A stretch of DNA of 63,795 nucleotides, filler included, from Octopus bimaculoides (taxonomy: Eukaryota), in NCBI RefSeq assembly GCF_001194135.2. It is 8 parts of 8 records of this genome, joined end to end, with 100 filler letters (N's around TTAATTAATTAA, not from the genome) between each part and the next. Parts side by side here need not be neighbours in the genome. Positions count along the whole stretch, not along the records: positions 29,047 to 40,671 come from NC_068993.1; positions 40,772 to 48,551 come from NC_069003.1; positions 48,652 to 53,666 come from NC_068997.1; 5 more parts are not named here. One strand, written 5' to 3'. This document shows positions 37,960 to 51,500 of this stretch, one piece after another; the first letter of the stretch is position 1, and each line of letters begins with the position of its first letter. The notes under the pieces are model-generated. The model was not told the DNA's origin. It saw only the letters and a program-made list of their open reading frames with translations, and made no database searches. Position numbers and translations under genes: made by a program.

Positions 37960-38720
37960 GCCCCTCCCCCAAAACTTCAGAACTTGTGCCTTTAGTAGAA
38001 AGGATTATCATTACCATTATCATTAATGCGGTGATTTGGCAGAACCGGTAGCACGCCGGACGAAATGCTAAGCGGCATTTCGTCCCTCTTCATGTTCTGA
38101 GTTCAAAGTCCGTCGAAGTTGACTTTGCCTTTTATCCTTTCGAGGTCAATGAAATAAGTACCAGTAACGCAACGGAGTCCATGTAATCGACTAGCTCCCG
38201 TCCCCAAAGTTTCAGGCCTTGTGCCTATAGTAGAAAGGACTAGTAGATTTTTTGAGTTCAAACTTCTCTGAGATCGACTCTGTGTTTCATCCTATCGGGA
38301 GTCGACAGAATAACTAAGCTATCGGCTTAATCCCCACTCTACTAAAAGTTGCTGATCTTGAACCAAAATTGGGAACCAACCGGCAGAATCGTTACTGCAC
38401 CGGACAAAATGTATTCCAATTCCGCCGAGGTTGACTTTGCCTTTCTTTCTTTCTTTCAGGATTGATAAAATAAGTTCCAGACAAGTAGTGTGGTCGATGA
38501 AATCGTCTAACCTCCCGCTCCCAATTAAAGCCTTATTGTATTTACGACAGCCCTTCTCTAGGTTCTCGGTCCAAACCCGCCGAAGTTGGTTTTGCTGTTC
38601 ATCCTTGTGGGATCGATAAAGAAAGATAAAATACCAGTGAAATACGGGGATCTATTTAATAGGCGGTACATCTCCTTCCAAATGTACGACCCCGTTTTTA
38701 TCATTTGGTTTGGGCACAGA
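37960..38720 (+). mobile_element. head-to-tail cluster of 4-5 diverged family B SINE pieces
   Basis: Recurrent gttgactttgc/gatcgactctg..tcatcct..gataaaataag..ccag blocks near 38110, 38275, 38430 and 38585, plus a tail at ~37965. Confidence 0.7.
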
Positions 38721-39311
38721 AATTTCACAGCCCCGCCACCCGCCAACAACTAAATCCGCAGCTGCACTTGGTTACATTCACCGGGGTTCTGTGTCTAAAC
38801 TTCATCGTCGTGACCCTTACTTCCTTCGTGTGTGACGTTGACTAAGAATAATATACAGGATTTCATTTAATCAAAGATCGCTCATTAATGAATGGAAATG
38901 GAAAATTTAATTAACAATCGTACATTTTATTTTCTTTTAAACAACACACTGAAAAATACCAGCGTGACCTTAATTATAATGAAGTAAAAGTTAATTAGAG
39001 AAATTTTACGTTGATAAAAATTAATTAAAGAACTTTAAAGATATACGAATTATATAACTCTTTTACTTGTTTCAGTCATTTGACTGTGGCCATGCTGGAG
39101 CACCGCCTTTAGAATTTGAAGAACGAAGAACTAAGCCCAAGTTGGCTCATAATAACCGATATACAAGGATTTGTTGCAAAGATACACGGTTTTGGGGTGG
39201 AGAGAGGAGAACGATGACTGACCATATAATACATATATGGTGGTGGTGGCGATGGTAGTAGTGGATTTCTGTCGTTGGACGGGCAACTGAATAATCTGTT
39301 TCTGAATTAAC

Positions 39312-39345
<34 letters not shown>

Positions 39346-39900
39346 NNNNNNNNNNNNNNNNNNNNNNNNNNNNNNNNNNNNNNNNNNNNNNNNNNNNNNN
39401 NNNNNNNNNNNNNNNNNNNNNNNNNNNNNNNNNNNNNNNNNNNNNNNNNNNNNNNNNNNNNNNNNNNNNNNNNNNNNNNNNNNNNNNNNNNNNNNNNNNN
39501 NNNNNNNNNNNNNNNNNNNNNNNNNNNNNNNNNNNNNNNNNNNNNNNNNNNNNNNNNNNNNNNNNNNNNNNNNNNNNNNNNNNNNNNNNNNNNNNNNNNN
39601 NNNNNNNNNNNNNNNNNNNNNNNNNNNNNNNNNNNNNNNNNNNNNNNNNNNNNNNNNNNNNNNNNNNNNNNNNNNNNNNNNNNNNNNNNNNNNNNNNNNN
39701 NNNNNNNNNNNNNNNNNNNNNNNNNNNNNNNNNNNNNNNNNNNNNNNNNNNNNNNNNNNNNNNNNNNNNNNNNNNNNNNNNNNNNNNNNNNNNNNNNNNN
39801 NNNNNNNNNNNNNNNNNNNNNNNNNNNNNNNNNNNNNNNNNNNNNNNNNNNNNNNNNNNNNNNNNNNNNNNNNNNNNNNNNNNNNNNNNNNNNNNNNNNN

Positions 39901-39987
<87 letters not shown>

Positions 39988-40626
39988 GGTTGGGTGACCT
40001 GACGGTGCGAACACGATTTTCTAGGGTTTCTGGTGGTTTAGGCCAGAAGACCGAAGGAAGTTTTCTGGACATTATCAAACACACACACACGTGTATGTGT
40101 GTGTGAGTGTGTATGTGTGAGTGTGTATGTAAGTATATAGATTGATAGATAGATTGATAGACAGACACACACGGGAAGGGCATAACTGGAATGCCTTTCA
40201 TCAACAGTTTTGCTTAATTAGGTCAACAACAACAACAGCCCCGTGAAAGGATCATTATTGCTGGATACATTTAACAATGAAACGTTTAATAATTAACCAC
40301 ATATTTTAAAACACCTTATTCTAACGCTTAGGAATAATACATACATGCATACACAAACGCACACAAACACACACACACATACACAAATATGCATACATAT
40401 ATATATGTAGTTATGATTATGGTGTGTATAATATATATATGTATATATATGTTCAAATGTTGGTGTAAGGGCAGAAGTTTTGGGGGACGGGTTAAGTCAA
40501 CTGGTACTTAAAAGCGTGTGTAATATGTCATAAATTTGTGTGTGCATGTATGTATGTATGTATGTATGTATGTATGTGTGTATGTGTTACTTTATATATC
40601 TATCTTCTCTATCTGTTATATATGTT

Positions 40627-40671
<45 letters not shown>

Positions 40672-41942
40672 NNNNNNNNNNNNNNNNNNNNNNNNNNNNN
40701 NNNNNNNNNNNNNNNTTAATTAATTAANNNNNNNNNNNNNNNNNNNNNNNNNNNNNNNNNNNNNNNNNNNNGACAGGCTTCTTTCAGTTTCCGTCTACCA
40801 AATCCACTCACAAGGTTTTGGTCGGCTCGAGGCTAAAGTAGAAGATACATACCCAAGGTGCCACGCAGTGGGACTGAACCTGGAACTATGTGGTTGGAAA
40901 GCAAGTTTTTTTACCATACAGCCAATCTATGTTTGCTTGTATTTGTCTCTATGTTTGTCCCCACCTCCCCTTTACAACCGGTGTTGGTGTGTTTGCAACC
41001 TCGTAATTTAGCGGTTCGGCAAAAGACACTGATAGAGTAAATGTCAGGCTTAAAAAGAAGAGCAACTCCTGGGGTCGATTTGTCCGACTAAATCCCTTCG
41101 AGACGGTGCCCCAGCATGGCCGCAGTAAAATAACTGAAAAAAGTAAAAGAAATAAAGTAAAGGAGTTCGTTGCGATTTGAGAACAGGTTTTGTTAGGTTG
41201 AGAGAATTAAAAGATAATGCAGACAGCGGATAATCCCCAAACATAATATTCGGTGTTGACAAGAAACAGCTGTCGAGATAAATACAACTTACAATCTCAC
41301 GAGTTCCTGCCATTGTTCCCTTGTAAACAACATATCAAGTTCAACTTTGACCTCTCCACCAGATGAATCATACATCAGGAGTTCTCTGCCTGAAGAACGA
41401 GAAAAAGTATTTCATGTGAAAATATCTGAAAAGAGTTACTGTTTTATATTAGAATGCATATTTTTTCCATTTGGTTCCTAACCTCGTCTGTCTTTCTGAT
41501 GCGAATGTCTCTTCGAAAATCAAAGAGAAAAATAACAGCTTCGAAGCCTCTAGTTTCCATATCCAGATTATGTAAGCACATTATTATCAATAATTGCTGC
41601 ACTTGATTTTGTGAGTAAATGCCTAAATGACAATCTGGTGGGGGTGGGGAGTGGGTTACATAATACATGCATACATACATACTTACATACATACATACAT
41701 ATATACATACATACATACATAAGCATCTACACATACATAGATAATAATTAATACATGCATGCATACATACATGCATACATACATACATAAATACATATCA
41801 GGTCTGTTGTGCTTACGTTTTATTGAGGTCTTCACTGGGACACCAGAATTCCTTTTTATTATGAGTGGCTATGGCTTCTACCATATTGTGGGTTCTTATG
41901 ATGACATACAAACATACACACAAACATACATAAATACATACA

Positions 41943-42069
41943 TACGAGCGGTGTATGAAAAGTTTTGAGCCTTCATGGCCTTTGAGCTTTGAAGTCTTGT
42001 ACCTTCATCAAAAGTCATGTACCATGTTTTGTCTTTTTAAGGCTCAAGTCTTTTCATACACCCTTCGTA
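41943..42069. mobile_element. mariner-type MITE (127 bp including TA ends)
   Basis: Left TACGAGCGGTGTATGAAAAGTTTTGAGCCTT versus reverse complement of right TACGAAGGGTGTATGAAAAGACTTGAGCCTT; TA at both ends. Confidence 0.85.
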
Positions 42070-42725
42070 CATATATATGACAGACATGGTATAAACATTT
42101 TATCTTTGTAAACTGTATAGCACAGTAGGATAGAGAAGTTTTTGTTTAATTTCAACAACGAATTTAGTCTTTTTTCTGGTGAGCACAATTTTGTGAGAAC
42201 TCCATTAAGATCTAACATGCGACCCAGATGAACACCGCCGCGTGGTTCTTGTGTGCATTCAGCAGGTTCAAGTATTAAAGCAAGGACTACAATTTCCTTT
42301 GTGCAGACCTTTTTACTGCACAAATAGCTCTGCAAATGCTCAATGTGGGCATCGGCTGTAAGAACTTCTCCAGTCGTAGGGGGACCGATCCTACCACTGC
42401 CCATGCTCGTTCCCCTATCATTGCTCTTCCCGGCGTCACTTTTATCCGTTCTCTGGTTAAACTTTTCTTCACTACTTACAATAGGGTGCATTTTCCTGAA
42501 AGCAACCGACAACCATGTAGTGGTGTTCATCCAGGCCTGGTGTTAGGTCGCAAAATTGCGTACACCAGAGAACAAATCAACTCGGCAGAGCAATCAAACG
42601 AAGAACTTGTCAATATATCTAAGAGAATGAGAAACATAACACTCTGTCGGGGGCGAGACTTGAACCCTAAACATTTTGGTTGCTAAATCGTGTGGGCTGC
42701 TGCACTCACGCACCAGTTAAGATAC

Positions 42726-42766
<41 letters not shown>

Positions 42767-45691
42767 AAATAGAAAAATGTAACGGAAAAAACAAACAAAA
42801 CTGTATTCTTACTGGAATTGGCGGCTTCTGATATAACCTGATCGATGGCAGAGTCTGCAGACACCTAGAAGTGATTAAATATGAAAAACGTATCAAACAA
42901 TAACAAAATTGTGTGTAACAGTCAAGTCACATGACCTACTGGTTGGTGGAGGTAGGCTTGGGTGGAGTGCGGAAGGTCACCCATTGGTCCCGGACGCTAT
43001 AGTTACAGTACGGCACCACGACGGAGATACGAACTACTGACTCTAAGATTCGTAGCCTGGTATAAAACCGATTCGGCTAATGGCGTTGTCTTTGAAATGT
43101 GGGCTGATATAGTGAAATGGTAAATGGGAGGTTGCGTTGTGTTGTGAGAGTCATGCTTTCTAAAACCGACGTTAGTGATGTGGTTAATAAAGATTGGAAA
43201 GAAGAGAGTTAACTTGCTTTACTGACTTTTTGTAATTCTAATTCGAATTAGCTTCCTGTTGTGTACAATTCTGTGGTCTCTGTTGTTCCTAAATAACTGA
43301 GAATCAAACAACAGCGGAACGACTCGTCAGATTCTTTCTAAAGATTCTTTATTAATCACAACAATCGTTTCGATCCATCTTGTTTCGAGCTCTGGTGCAT
43401 CTTTCGGTGCTGATGGGTCTCGTCGGGTGATTTTTCAAAAGGTACGTCGCTCAATAAACTCGGCTTCGTTTGGCTTCATCATAATGCACTTCGTTATTTG
43501 CCTATGGCTGGTTGCATACAGGGTTTTGTGAAGTATGATGAACTACGGGTTTTTGTATAGCTTATGCAGACTTGCAACGCTTATGAAGAATATGGTTTTG
43601 TGGGTTGGATTCTCGAAATGTTACAGAAACCATTCAAAGAAGAAAAAAATAAAAATAAACCAAACAAAAATATAATAATAATGAAATAGCTAAAATATAA
43701 TAATAATGAAATAGCTAAAATGTACTCGGACAGGAAAAATAAGTAATACGCTTAAGCCAAATGTACTTCAGGTGTGTGTAGCAACTAACTTGACAGAATA
43801 AACCCCCAAAACAAAAATAAAAACAAAAAAACCCACAGCAACCATATTTATCTATTTAAGAGAATATAAAATATCAAGGATATACTTTAGGTAAAAATGC
43901 ACTCCTGTATTGAAGAATATTATATAGAGCGTACTCATATATATAAAACAATATCAAGTATTTCTATTGCATAAAATTGTGTATCTTAGTATTTGGTGGA
44001 GCTTAGCCGTGGAAAGAAAGAAAGGATCGGAAGATGAAAATAGCATGAAAACATAGGCGTGGGCCTGGCTAAGTTTACTTTATAAGCACTTGGTTTACAG
44101 TTCAATCCCGCTGCCTGGCACCGTGGCCAAGTGTGTCTTCTACTCCAGCTTGTGATTGACTATTTGACTGATGGGAACGCTGCAGAAGCTCATCGTATGT
44201 GTGTATATGTGTGTGTATATGTGTGTGTATATGTGTGTGTATATGTGTGTGTATGTGTGTGCGTGTGTGTGTGTGTGTGTATGTGTGTATGTGTGAGTCT
44301 TTCTTTGGATTTTTGATGCTCATTGACTTACTCTTTCTCCACTTCCCTCTCTATCTCTATACACACAAACACACACGCACACACACACTCGTATATATAT
44401 ATATATATATATANNNNNNNNNNNNNNNNNNNNNNNNNNNNNNNNNNNNNNNNNNNNNNNNNNNNNNNNNNNNNNNNNNNNNNNNNNNNNNNNNNNNNNN
44501 NNNNNNNNNNNNNNNNNNNNNNNNNNNNNNNNNNNNNNNNNNNNNNNNNNNNNNNNNNNNNNNNNNNNNNNNNNNNNNNNNNNNNNNNNNNNNNNNNNNN
44601 NNNNNNNNNNNNNNNNNNNNNNNNNNNNNNNNNNNNNNNNNNNNNNNNNNNNNNNNNNNNNNNNNNNNNNNNNNNNNNNNNNNNNNNNNNNNNNNNNNNN
44701 NNNNNNNNNNNNNNNNNNNNNNNNNNNNNNNNNNNNNNNNNNNNNNNNNNNNNNNNNNNNNNNNNNNNNNNNNNNNNNNNNNNNNNNNNNNNNNNNNNNN
44801 NNNNNNNNNNNNNNNNNNNNNNNNNNNNNNNNNNNNNNNNNNNNNNNNNNNNNNNNNNNNNNNNNNNNNNNNNNNNNNNNNNNNNNNNNNNNNNNNNNNN
44901 NNNNNNNNNNNNNNNNNNNNNNNNNNNNNNNNNNNNNNNNNNNNNNNNNNNNNNNNNNNNNNNNNNNNNNNNNNNNNNNNNNNNNNNNNNNNNNNNNNNN
45001 NNNNNNNNNNNNNNNNNNNNNNNNNNNNNNNNNNNNNNNNNNNNNNNNNNNNNNNNNNNNNNNNNNNNNNNNNNNNNNNNNNNNNNNNNNNNNNNNNNNN
45101 NNNNNNNNNNNNNNNNNNNNNNNNNNNNNNNNNNNNNNNNNNNNNNNNNNNNNNNNNNNNNNNNNNNNNNNNNNNNNNNNNNNNNNNNNNNNNNNNNNNN
45201 NNNNNNNNNNNNNNNNNNNNNNNNNNNNNNNNNNNNNNNNNNNNNNNNNNNNNNNNNNNNNNNNNNNNNNNNNNNNNNNNNNNNNNNNNNNNNNNNNNNN
45301 NNNNNNNNNNNNNNNNNNNNNNNNNNNNNNNNNNNNNNNNNNNNNNNNNNNNNNNNNNNNNNNNNNNNNNNNNNNNNNNNNNNNNNNNNNGTAGAGCAAC
45401 GGACCACAAACAACTGAATTGCTGCACAGTGCCTCTGCCAGCCTTATATATTATGTACATACGTACGTACATACATACATATATATGCATGTATGTATGA
45501 ATATATGTATACGTATATGCTTAATTATAAATATGTGTGTGTGCTGACAGAGAGAGAGAGAGAGAGAGAGAGAAGGAGAGAGAGAAAAGAGAGAAAATGA
45601 GAAATTGTGTGCCATTATCTGTGTGTGTGTGTGTGTGTGTCTGTGTATGGATGTGTAAAAGTATGTATATGTACATACATAGACAAACACA

Positions 45692-45725
<34 letters not shown>

Positions 45726-46341
45726 TACGCGCGCAGTTTGTTGTTTTCGATGAAAGACCCTCCTCCCCCACCTCTATAACTTCTCCCTCCCCCTCCCATT
45801 TCCCATTCTTCCAAATTCCTCCTGCGCCCACTCCTCCTCATCTCCCACTCCTTCGTTTCTTATTCCTTTCTTTTCTCTTTTTCTTCTTTTTCATTTTCTT
45901 CCCCACCTTCCTCTCTCCCTCTCCATTCACATTATCGTCGTCGTCATCGTCGTAATCATCGTCGTAGTTATCGATGTTGTCGTTGTTGTTGTTGCTCTTC
46001 TTCTTCTTCTTCTTCTTCTTCTTCTTCTTCTTCTTCTTCTTCTTCTTCTTCTCCTCCTCCTCCTCCTCCTCCTCCTCCTCTTCCTCCGTCTCCTTCATCT
46101 TTGCCCAGCAACACNNNNNNNNNNNNNNNNNNNNNNNNNNNNNNNNNNNNNNNNNNNNNNNNNNNNNNNNNNNNNNNNNNNNNNNNNNNNNNNNNNNNNN
46201 NNNNNNNNNNNNNNNNNNNNNNNNNNNNNNNNNNNNNNNNNNNNNNNNNNNNNNNNNNNNNNNNNNNNNNNNNNNNNNNNNNNNNNNNNNNNNNNNNNNN
46301 NNNNNNNNNNNNNNNNNNNNNNNNNNNNNNNNNNNNNNNNN

Positions 46342-46426
<85 letters not shown>

Positions 46427-46489
46427 GTTATTCTTGCAGGAATCTTTGCGGTATTTCGCGCCTCTCTTTATGTTCTGAGTTAAAATTTT

Positions 46490-46872
46490 GCACAGACGCT
46501 GCATGTCAGCGTCAGAGGAAGACCCTTACCATCTGGAAGTGCAACAGCGATGCCCTTCCTGACATCCCTCCTTACTTTCTCAAGCGCAACTCGAGATTTC
46601 TCAAAAGTAGCTGTCATACACAATCTTTCTCCACCTGCTACGGTCAATAGCTGTGCCCTGCCATGTGTCAGGAGGAAGCCTTCAGCAAGTCCTTATACCT
46701 CCTTTATGGTTTATGTGAAGGTCGTTCTCCTTTAGCTAACTCTCCATAAAAGAGTTGTTTTGGCCTCCTTGAATCCTTCATCCTGACCAGATGACCACTC
46801 CATCTGAGCCTTTGCTTCAACACAAGACCTTCTATATTTTCACGTCAAGAGCTTTCCAATATCTCAAGATCA
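46490..46872 (-). mobile_element. RTE (BovB-like) LINE, 3' segment of ORF
   Basis: Minus strand DLEILESS*RENIEGLVLKQRLRWSGHLVRMKDSRRPKQLFYGELAKGERPSHKP*RRYKDLLK ... TCSVCAK. Confidence 0.85.
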
Positions 46873-47291
46873 TTGACGCCTTAGGATTGACAGTCAGTCT
46901 CAAGAAAACTGTTGTCATGTACCAACCTGCCAATGGTAAGCAATATAGTGAACCAAATATCTATGTGTATGGTAAAAACACTTGGTGTAGTCGATCAGTT
47001 TGTTTACCTGGGAAGCACTGTTAATAGATACGGCAATTTGGATAATGAAATTCCATACAGAATTAGGAAAGCAGGTAATGTTTTCGGAAGGCTAGAAAAG
47101 CGCCTCTGGAGTCGGCGAGACATACGCAGGAAGACAAAGATAAAGGTGTACAAGGCGTGTGTGCTGTCTTCTCTTCTTTATGCTTGCGAGACCTGGGTCA
47201 CATATCGTTACCACCTTAAACAAATGGAACGTTTCCATCAGATGTGGCCGAGACGGATAGTGGGAGGACCGCATCAGTGATCTTGAGATAT
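46859..47291 (+). mobile_element. RTE (BovB-like) LINE, upstream segment inverted relative to 46490-46872
   Basis: DALGLTVSLKKTVVMYQP..EPNIYVYG / TLGVVDQFVYLGSTV..LDNEIPYRIRKAGNVFGRL..TKIKVYKACVLSSLLYACETW..ERFHQ..EDRISDLEI. Confidence 0.9.
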
Positions 47292-48651
47292 ATATACATA
47301 CATACTTACATACAAATACACATATACGTATACATACATACGTACATACATACATACTTACATACAAAAACACATATACGTATACATACATACGTACATA
47401 CATACATACATACATACATACACACATACGTACATAATACATACATNNNNNNNNNNNNNNNNNNNNNNNNNNNNNNNNNNNNNNNNNNNNNNNNNNNNNN
47501 NNNNNNNNNNNNNNNNNNNNNNNNNNNNNNNNNNNNNNNNNNNNNNNNNNNNNNNNNNNNNNNNNNNNNNNNNNNNNNNNNNNNNNNNNNNNNNNNNNNN
47601 NNNNNNNNNNNNNNNNNNNNNNNNNNNNNNNNNNNNNNNNNNNNNNNNNNNNNNNNNNNNNNNNNNNNNNNNNNNNNNNNNNNNNNNNNNNNNNNNNNNN
47701 NNNNNNNNNNNNNNNNNNNNNNTATACGTATACATACATACGTACATACATACATACTTACATACAAAAACACATATACGTATACATACATACGTACATA
47801 CATACATACATACATACATACACACATACGTACATAATACATACATACATATATATATGTTTTTGACCCCCAGACAAAGGATAAACTGTTTTTACTTCAA
47901 ATTTTTATAAGTTTTTACTGATATTTGATGAGATGAGATTCATTATCGAAACCGATAATATTATCTTTATATAATTATTAAATCGTTTTATTAAATTCCT
48001 TTTTAATTTGAAACGTTTTAGATTTACTTCTGTGCTATTTTTAGTGCTTCTTTCGCTCCCTCTCCAGCATTTCCTCCTCTCACTATTCCCTTCCTTATCA
48101 GCCCACCCACTTTTCGCTCGTAATAATAAACACGAATGTTTATTAATGAGAGCAACGCCACAGAATTGCAGGAGAAGGGCGCGGCTTGTAGAAACGAAGA
48201 TGAGACAATAGGCATTTATGTGTGTGTGTTTGCGTGTGTGTGTATTTATGTATGTATGTATGCATTTATGCCTGTGTATGTATGTATGTATGTTTTATGT
48301 ATGTATATTGTATGTTTATATGTATGTATGCTGCATGTATGCTGCATGTATGTGTGATTATGCGTACGTATGTATCTATTGATGTGCACATGTGTGTCTA
48401 TGTATGCATGTATGTGTGCATGTGTGTGTATATATGCATGTATATACGTATGTGCGCATGTGTATGTATGTATGTTTGTATATACGTATGTGCGCATGTG
48501 TATGTATGTATGTATGTATGTATGTATGTAGAAAGTGGAGAATGGTGTGTANNNNNNNNNNNNNNNNNNNNNNNNNNNNNNNNNNNNNNNNNNNNTTAAT
48601 TAATTAANNNNNNNNNNNNNNNNNNNNNNNNNNNNNNNNNNNNNNNNNNNN

Positions 48652-48702
<51 letters not shown>

Positions 48703-48707
48703 CGTCC

Positions 48708-48748
<41 letters not shown>

Positions 48749-49372
48749 ATCACTTCGCTATTTCTTTGAATTCCTTCTCCTTTTCTTTCATTGTCTCTCT
48801 TTTTCACACACACACACTCTCTCTCTCACCTTCTCCCACCACTCCCCTCTTCTCCCTTCTCCCCTTGTTTCATTTAAATATCATTACACGGAACGAAGCA
48901 ATAAATACATATGAAGTATTCATTAGCAGAAAGAAGAGCGGGGTAGGAGGGATGGAGAAGCGGCAGAAGAGGGGGGGGGAGAAAGAGAAGAAGGAAGAGA
49001 AGGAAGAGAATGAGAAAACAAACAAAATCCCCGAAAACAAACAGAAAGAGAAAAAATGTATTAAAGGAAGTTATATAAATTAAGAGCGAAAGAAAAGAAG
49101 AAAGAAACTAAGAAGAAAAGAAAGGAGAGGATTATATTGTCGGGGATGTGGTAGGGAAGGGCAAATGTTGGTCCTGAATGGAAGGTTAAAAAAATGTGAA
49201 ATTATAATAAAGATTAAATAAGAGGAAGCCGTGTACACTCGAGCCGTTCAATGGCCGCCAGCTGAACACGAACTACTTCCGGTCTGGAATATTTATTGAC
49301 ACCGTGTTCCCACCACACTGTAAATAATGAAGATACGATGACACAGAAGCACACACACGCGCGTATATAGGC

Positions 49373-49411
<39 letters not shown>

Positions 49412-50652
49412 TGCAGACACGCACTGGTGTATCTGATGCATACACATGAATATATGCATATATATACGTTGGCGTACATGCAGCTATATGTGTACATACG
49501 TGTATGATCTCAATACACAAATATACATTTTCGAATGCAAATATACATATATATATACAGACATGGACATATACATACAAGAACTTAGTCACACAAACAA
49601 GATACATATGCACAGCATACAAATCTGTGTGTGTATATACGTACACATATACAAAGGTACATATATATAAATATACATACGCACACACATACATATGTAT
49701 TCAAAAATGTATATATACGCAAAACGTATGAACACATACACACGCACTAATACGAACTTGTAATATGTATAATTAACAATTATAGCTATTTGCTTCGAAG
49801 TTTCGCCAATACAGGCTTTTCTAATCAGTCAACATCATTAGTAATAAATGTTTTGACTTTAAAATAATTTATTAAGTCTTTTAATTCAACGCCACGTTTT
49901 GTGTACTGTATGTTATATTGTATTTGTCACGAGGGAAGGCAATTATTGTGGCCCTTTCTAGGGCCTCCGAGATGGCGGGACGGAAGGAGGGATCCTTAAA
50001 CGAGAGACCCGGCTCGAATGCCTGTAGCATAGTCGACTCCACTAAAGGCATTGAAGATGCCAAATAGCGGAGTTAAAAAGGGTGATAAACTGAGTCTAGC
50101 AGCCAAGTAGGCTATGGCGTAATTTGAACACGGAGCGTAGAGAGTTGCAACAGATATAGTAAAATGGGGTGACTGAATTTCTAATAACTCTGACTGTTTG
50201 CTACCCAATAAAAGTACACAAATCTATAACATAAACACACACATACGTCTATATATATGCTATATATATATATATATATATTTGTTTTGCAAGATTATTG
50301 GCTAAACTGGCAATATGACCATCCCCAAATACANNNNNNNNNNNNNNNNNNNNNNNNNNNNNNNNNNNNNNNNNNNNNNNNNNNNNNNNNNNNNNNNNNN
50401 NNNNNNNNNNNNNNNNNNNNNNNNNNNNNNNNNNNNNNNNNNNNNNNNNNNNNNNNNNNNNNNNNNNNNNNNNNNNNNNNNNNNNNNNNNNNNNNNNNNN
50501 NNNNNNNNNNNNNNNNNNNNNNNNNNNNNNNNNNNNNNNNNNNNNNNNNNNNNNNNNNNNNNNNNNNNNNNNNNNNNNNNNNNNNNNNNNNNNNNNNNNN
50601 NNNNNNNNNNNNNNNNNNNNNNNNNNNNNNNNNNNNNNNNNNNNNNNNNNNN

Positions 50653-51122
50653 ATAACCCGCAATCATATTTCTCTTCATGCATTCTGAGAAGGGAAAGTG
50701 AAGCAGATTCAGAATATCTTCTGAGAATATGCACTTTGTAGTCTTTTTTCAAAATTGCAGTCGTTTGAAATGAAATGTTCAGCAAGTTCTGTCGAACAAC
50801 TGTTATTGTGCCTGACGTCGAATCTGTGCCCATTAAACATTTTGTTCAATTGTTCTGTTGTACAACCAACATAAATCAAGTTGTGTTTCGTGCATTCTGT
50901 CGCGTACACCAAATGGGAAACTCTACATGTCCCAGCTTCCGTTTAAATCACAACATTTCTGTTATGATTCCTGATGGAATCCACTTGAATAATGTTGTTG
51001 CACAATGAACAGAGCTTATCTCTCTTGCGGCTGTTTTTCAAGGTACAGCGTGCAGATACTCCAATGTTCGTTTTCTTGGAGTCAGAAATAGAGGTCAGTA
51101 ATTCTCTTAGATTCTTATTCCG
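50653..51122 (-). mobile_element. Penelope-like element ORF fragment with GIY-YIG endonuclease
   Basis: RNKNLRELLTS..C..KRDKLCSLC..I*..TCRVSHLVYATECTKHNLIYVGCTTEQLNKMFNGHRFDVR..TELAEHF..DCNFEK, then frameshift to DYKVHIL..; runs into the gap at 50652. Confidence 0.9.
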
Positions 51123-51138
51123 TCAAGATAAAGATAAA

Positions 51139-51186
51139 GTCTTACAGCTGTTTCCGGGATATTTTATATATCCCTTCATCAGAGAC
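51139..51186 (-). ncRNA. minimal type I hammerhead motif (Penelope pLTR)
   Basis: GTCT-CTGATGA-A-GGGATAT(ataaa)ATATCCC-G-GAAA-CAGCTG-TA-AGAC: stem I GTCT/AGAC, 7-bp stem II, palindromic ACAGCTGT helix III, triplet GUA. Confidence 0.75.
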
Positions 51187-51500
51187 GGTGCGAGAAAATG
51201 TTTAAGTAATAGTTATTATAGAGAAGATATGAAATACAGAGTGAAGTGGAAGGTCACTTCAAAAAGATCCTCGATTGAATAACACCGTTTACAAGACACT
51301 GTGCTTGGAACGACCAACTATAAACACCATTGGAACTCACACACAAGGTACAGGAAACTTACATATACACGATTCTGCTTAAATAATGGAACTGCAGATA
51401 CAATATCCCTGCATATCTCACGTCTGTTTTCATTCCTCCACTTCACTCTGCATTTCATATCTTCTCTATGATAACTATTGCTTAACCATTTTCTCGCACC

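Noticed and set aside
47292-47850. Near-identical ~125-bp sequence on both sides of the gap
   Set aside because: Overlapping contig ends in an (ATAC)-derived tandem repeat; an assembly feature.
49800-49832. Minus-strand CTGATTAGAAAA-GCC-tgtatt-GGC-GAAAC, hammerhead-like
   Set aside because: The core is disrupted and there is no stem I or III; at most a decayed Penelope remnant.
49925-50220. Possible solo LTR (TGTCAC start, AATAAA near the end)
   Set aside because: No matching CA end with a TSD and no second copy.
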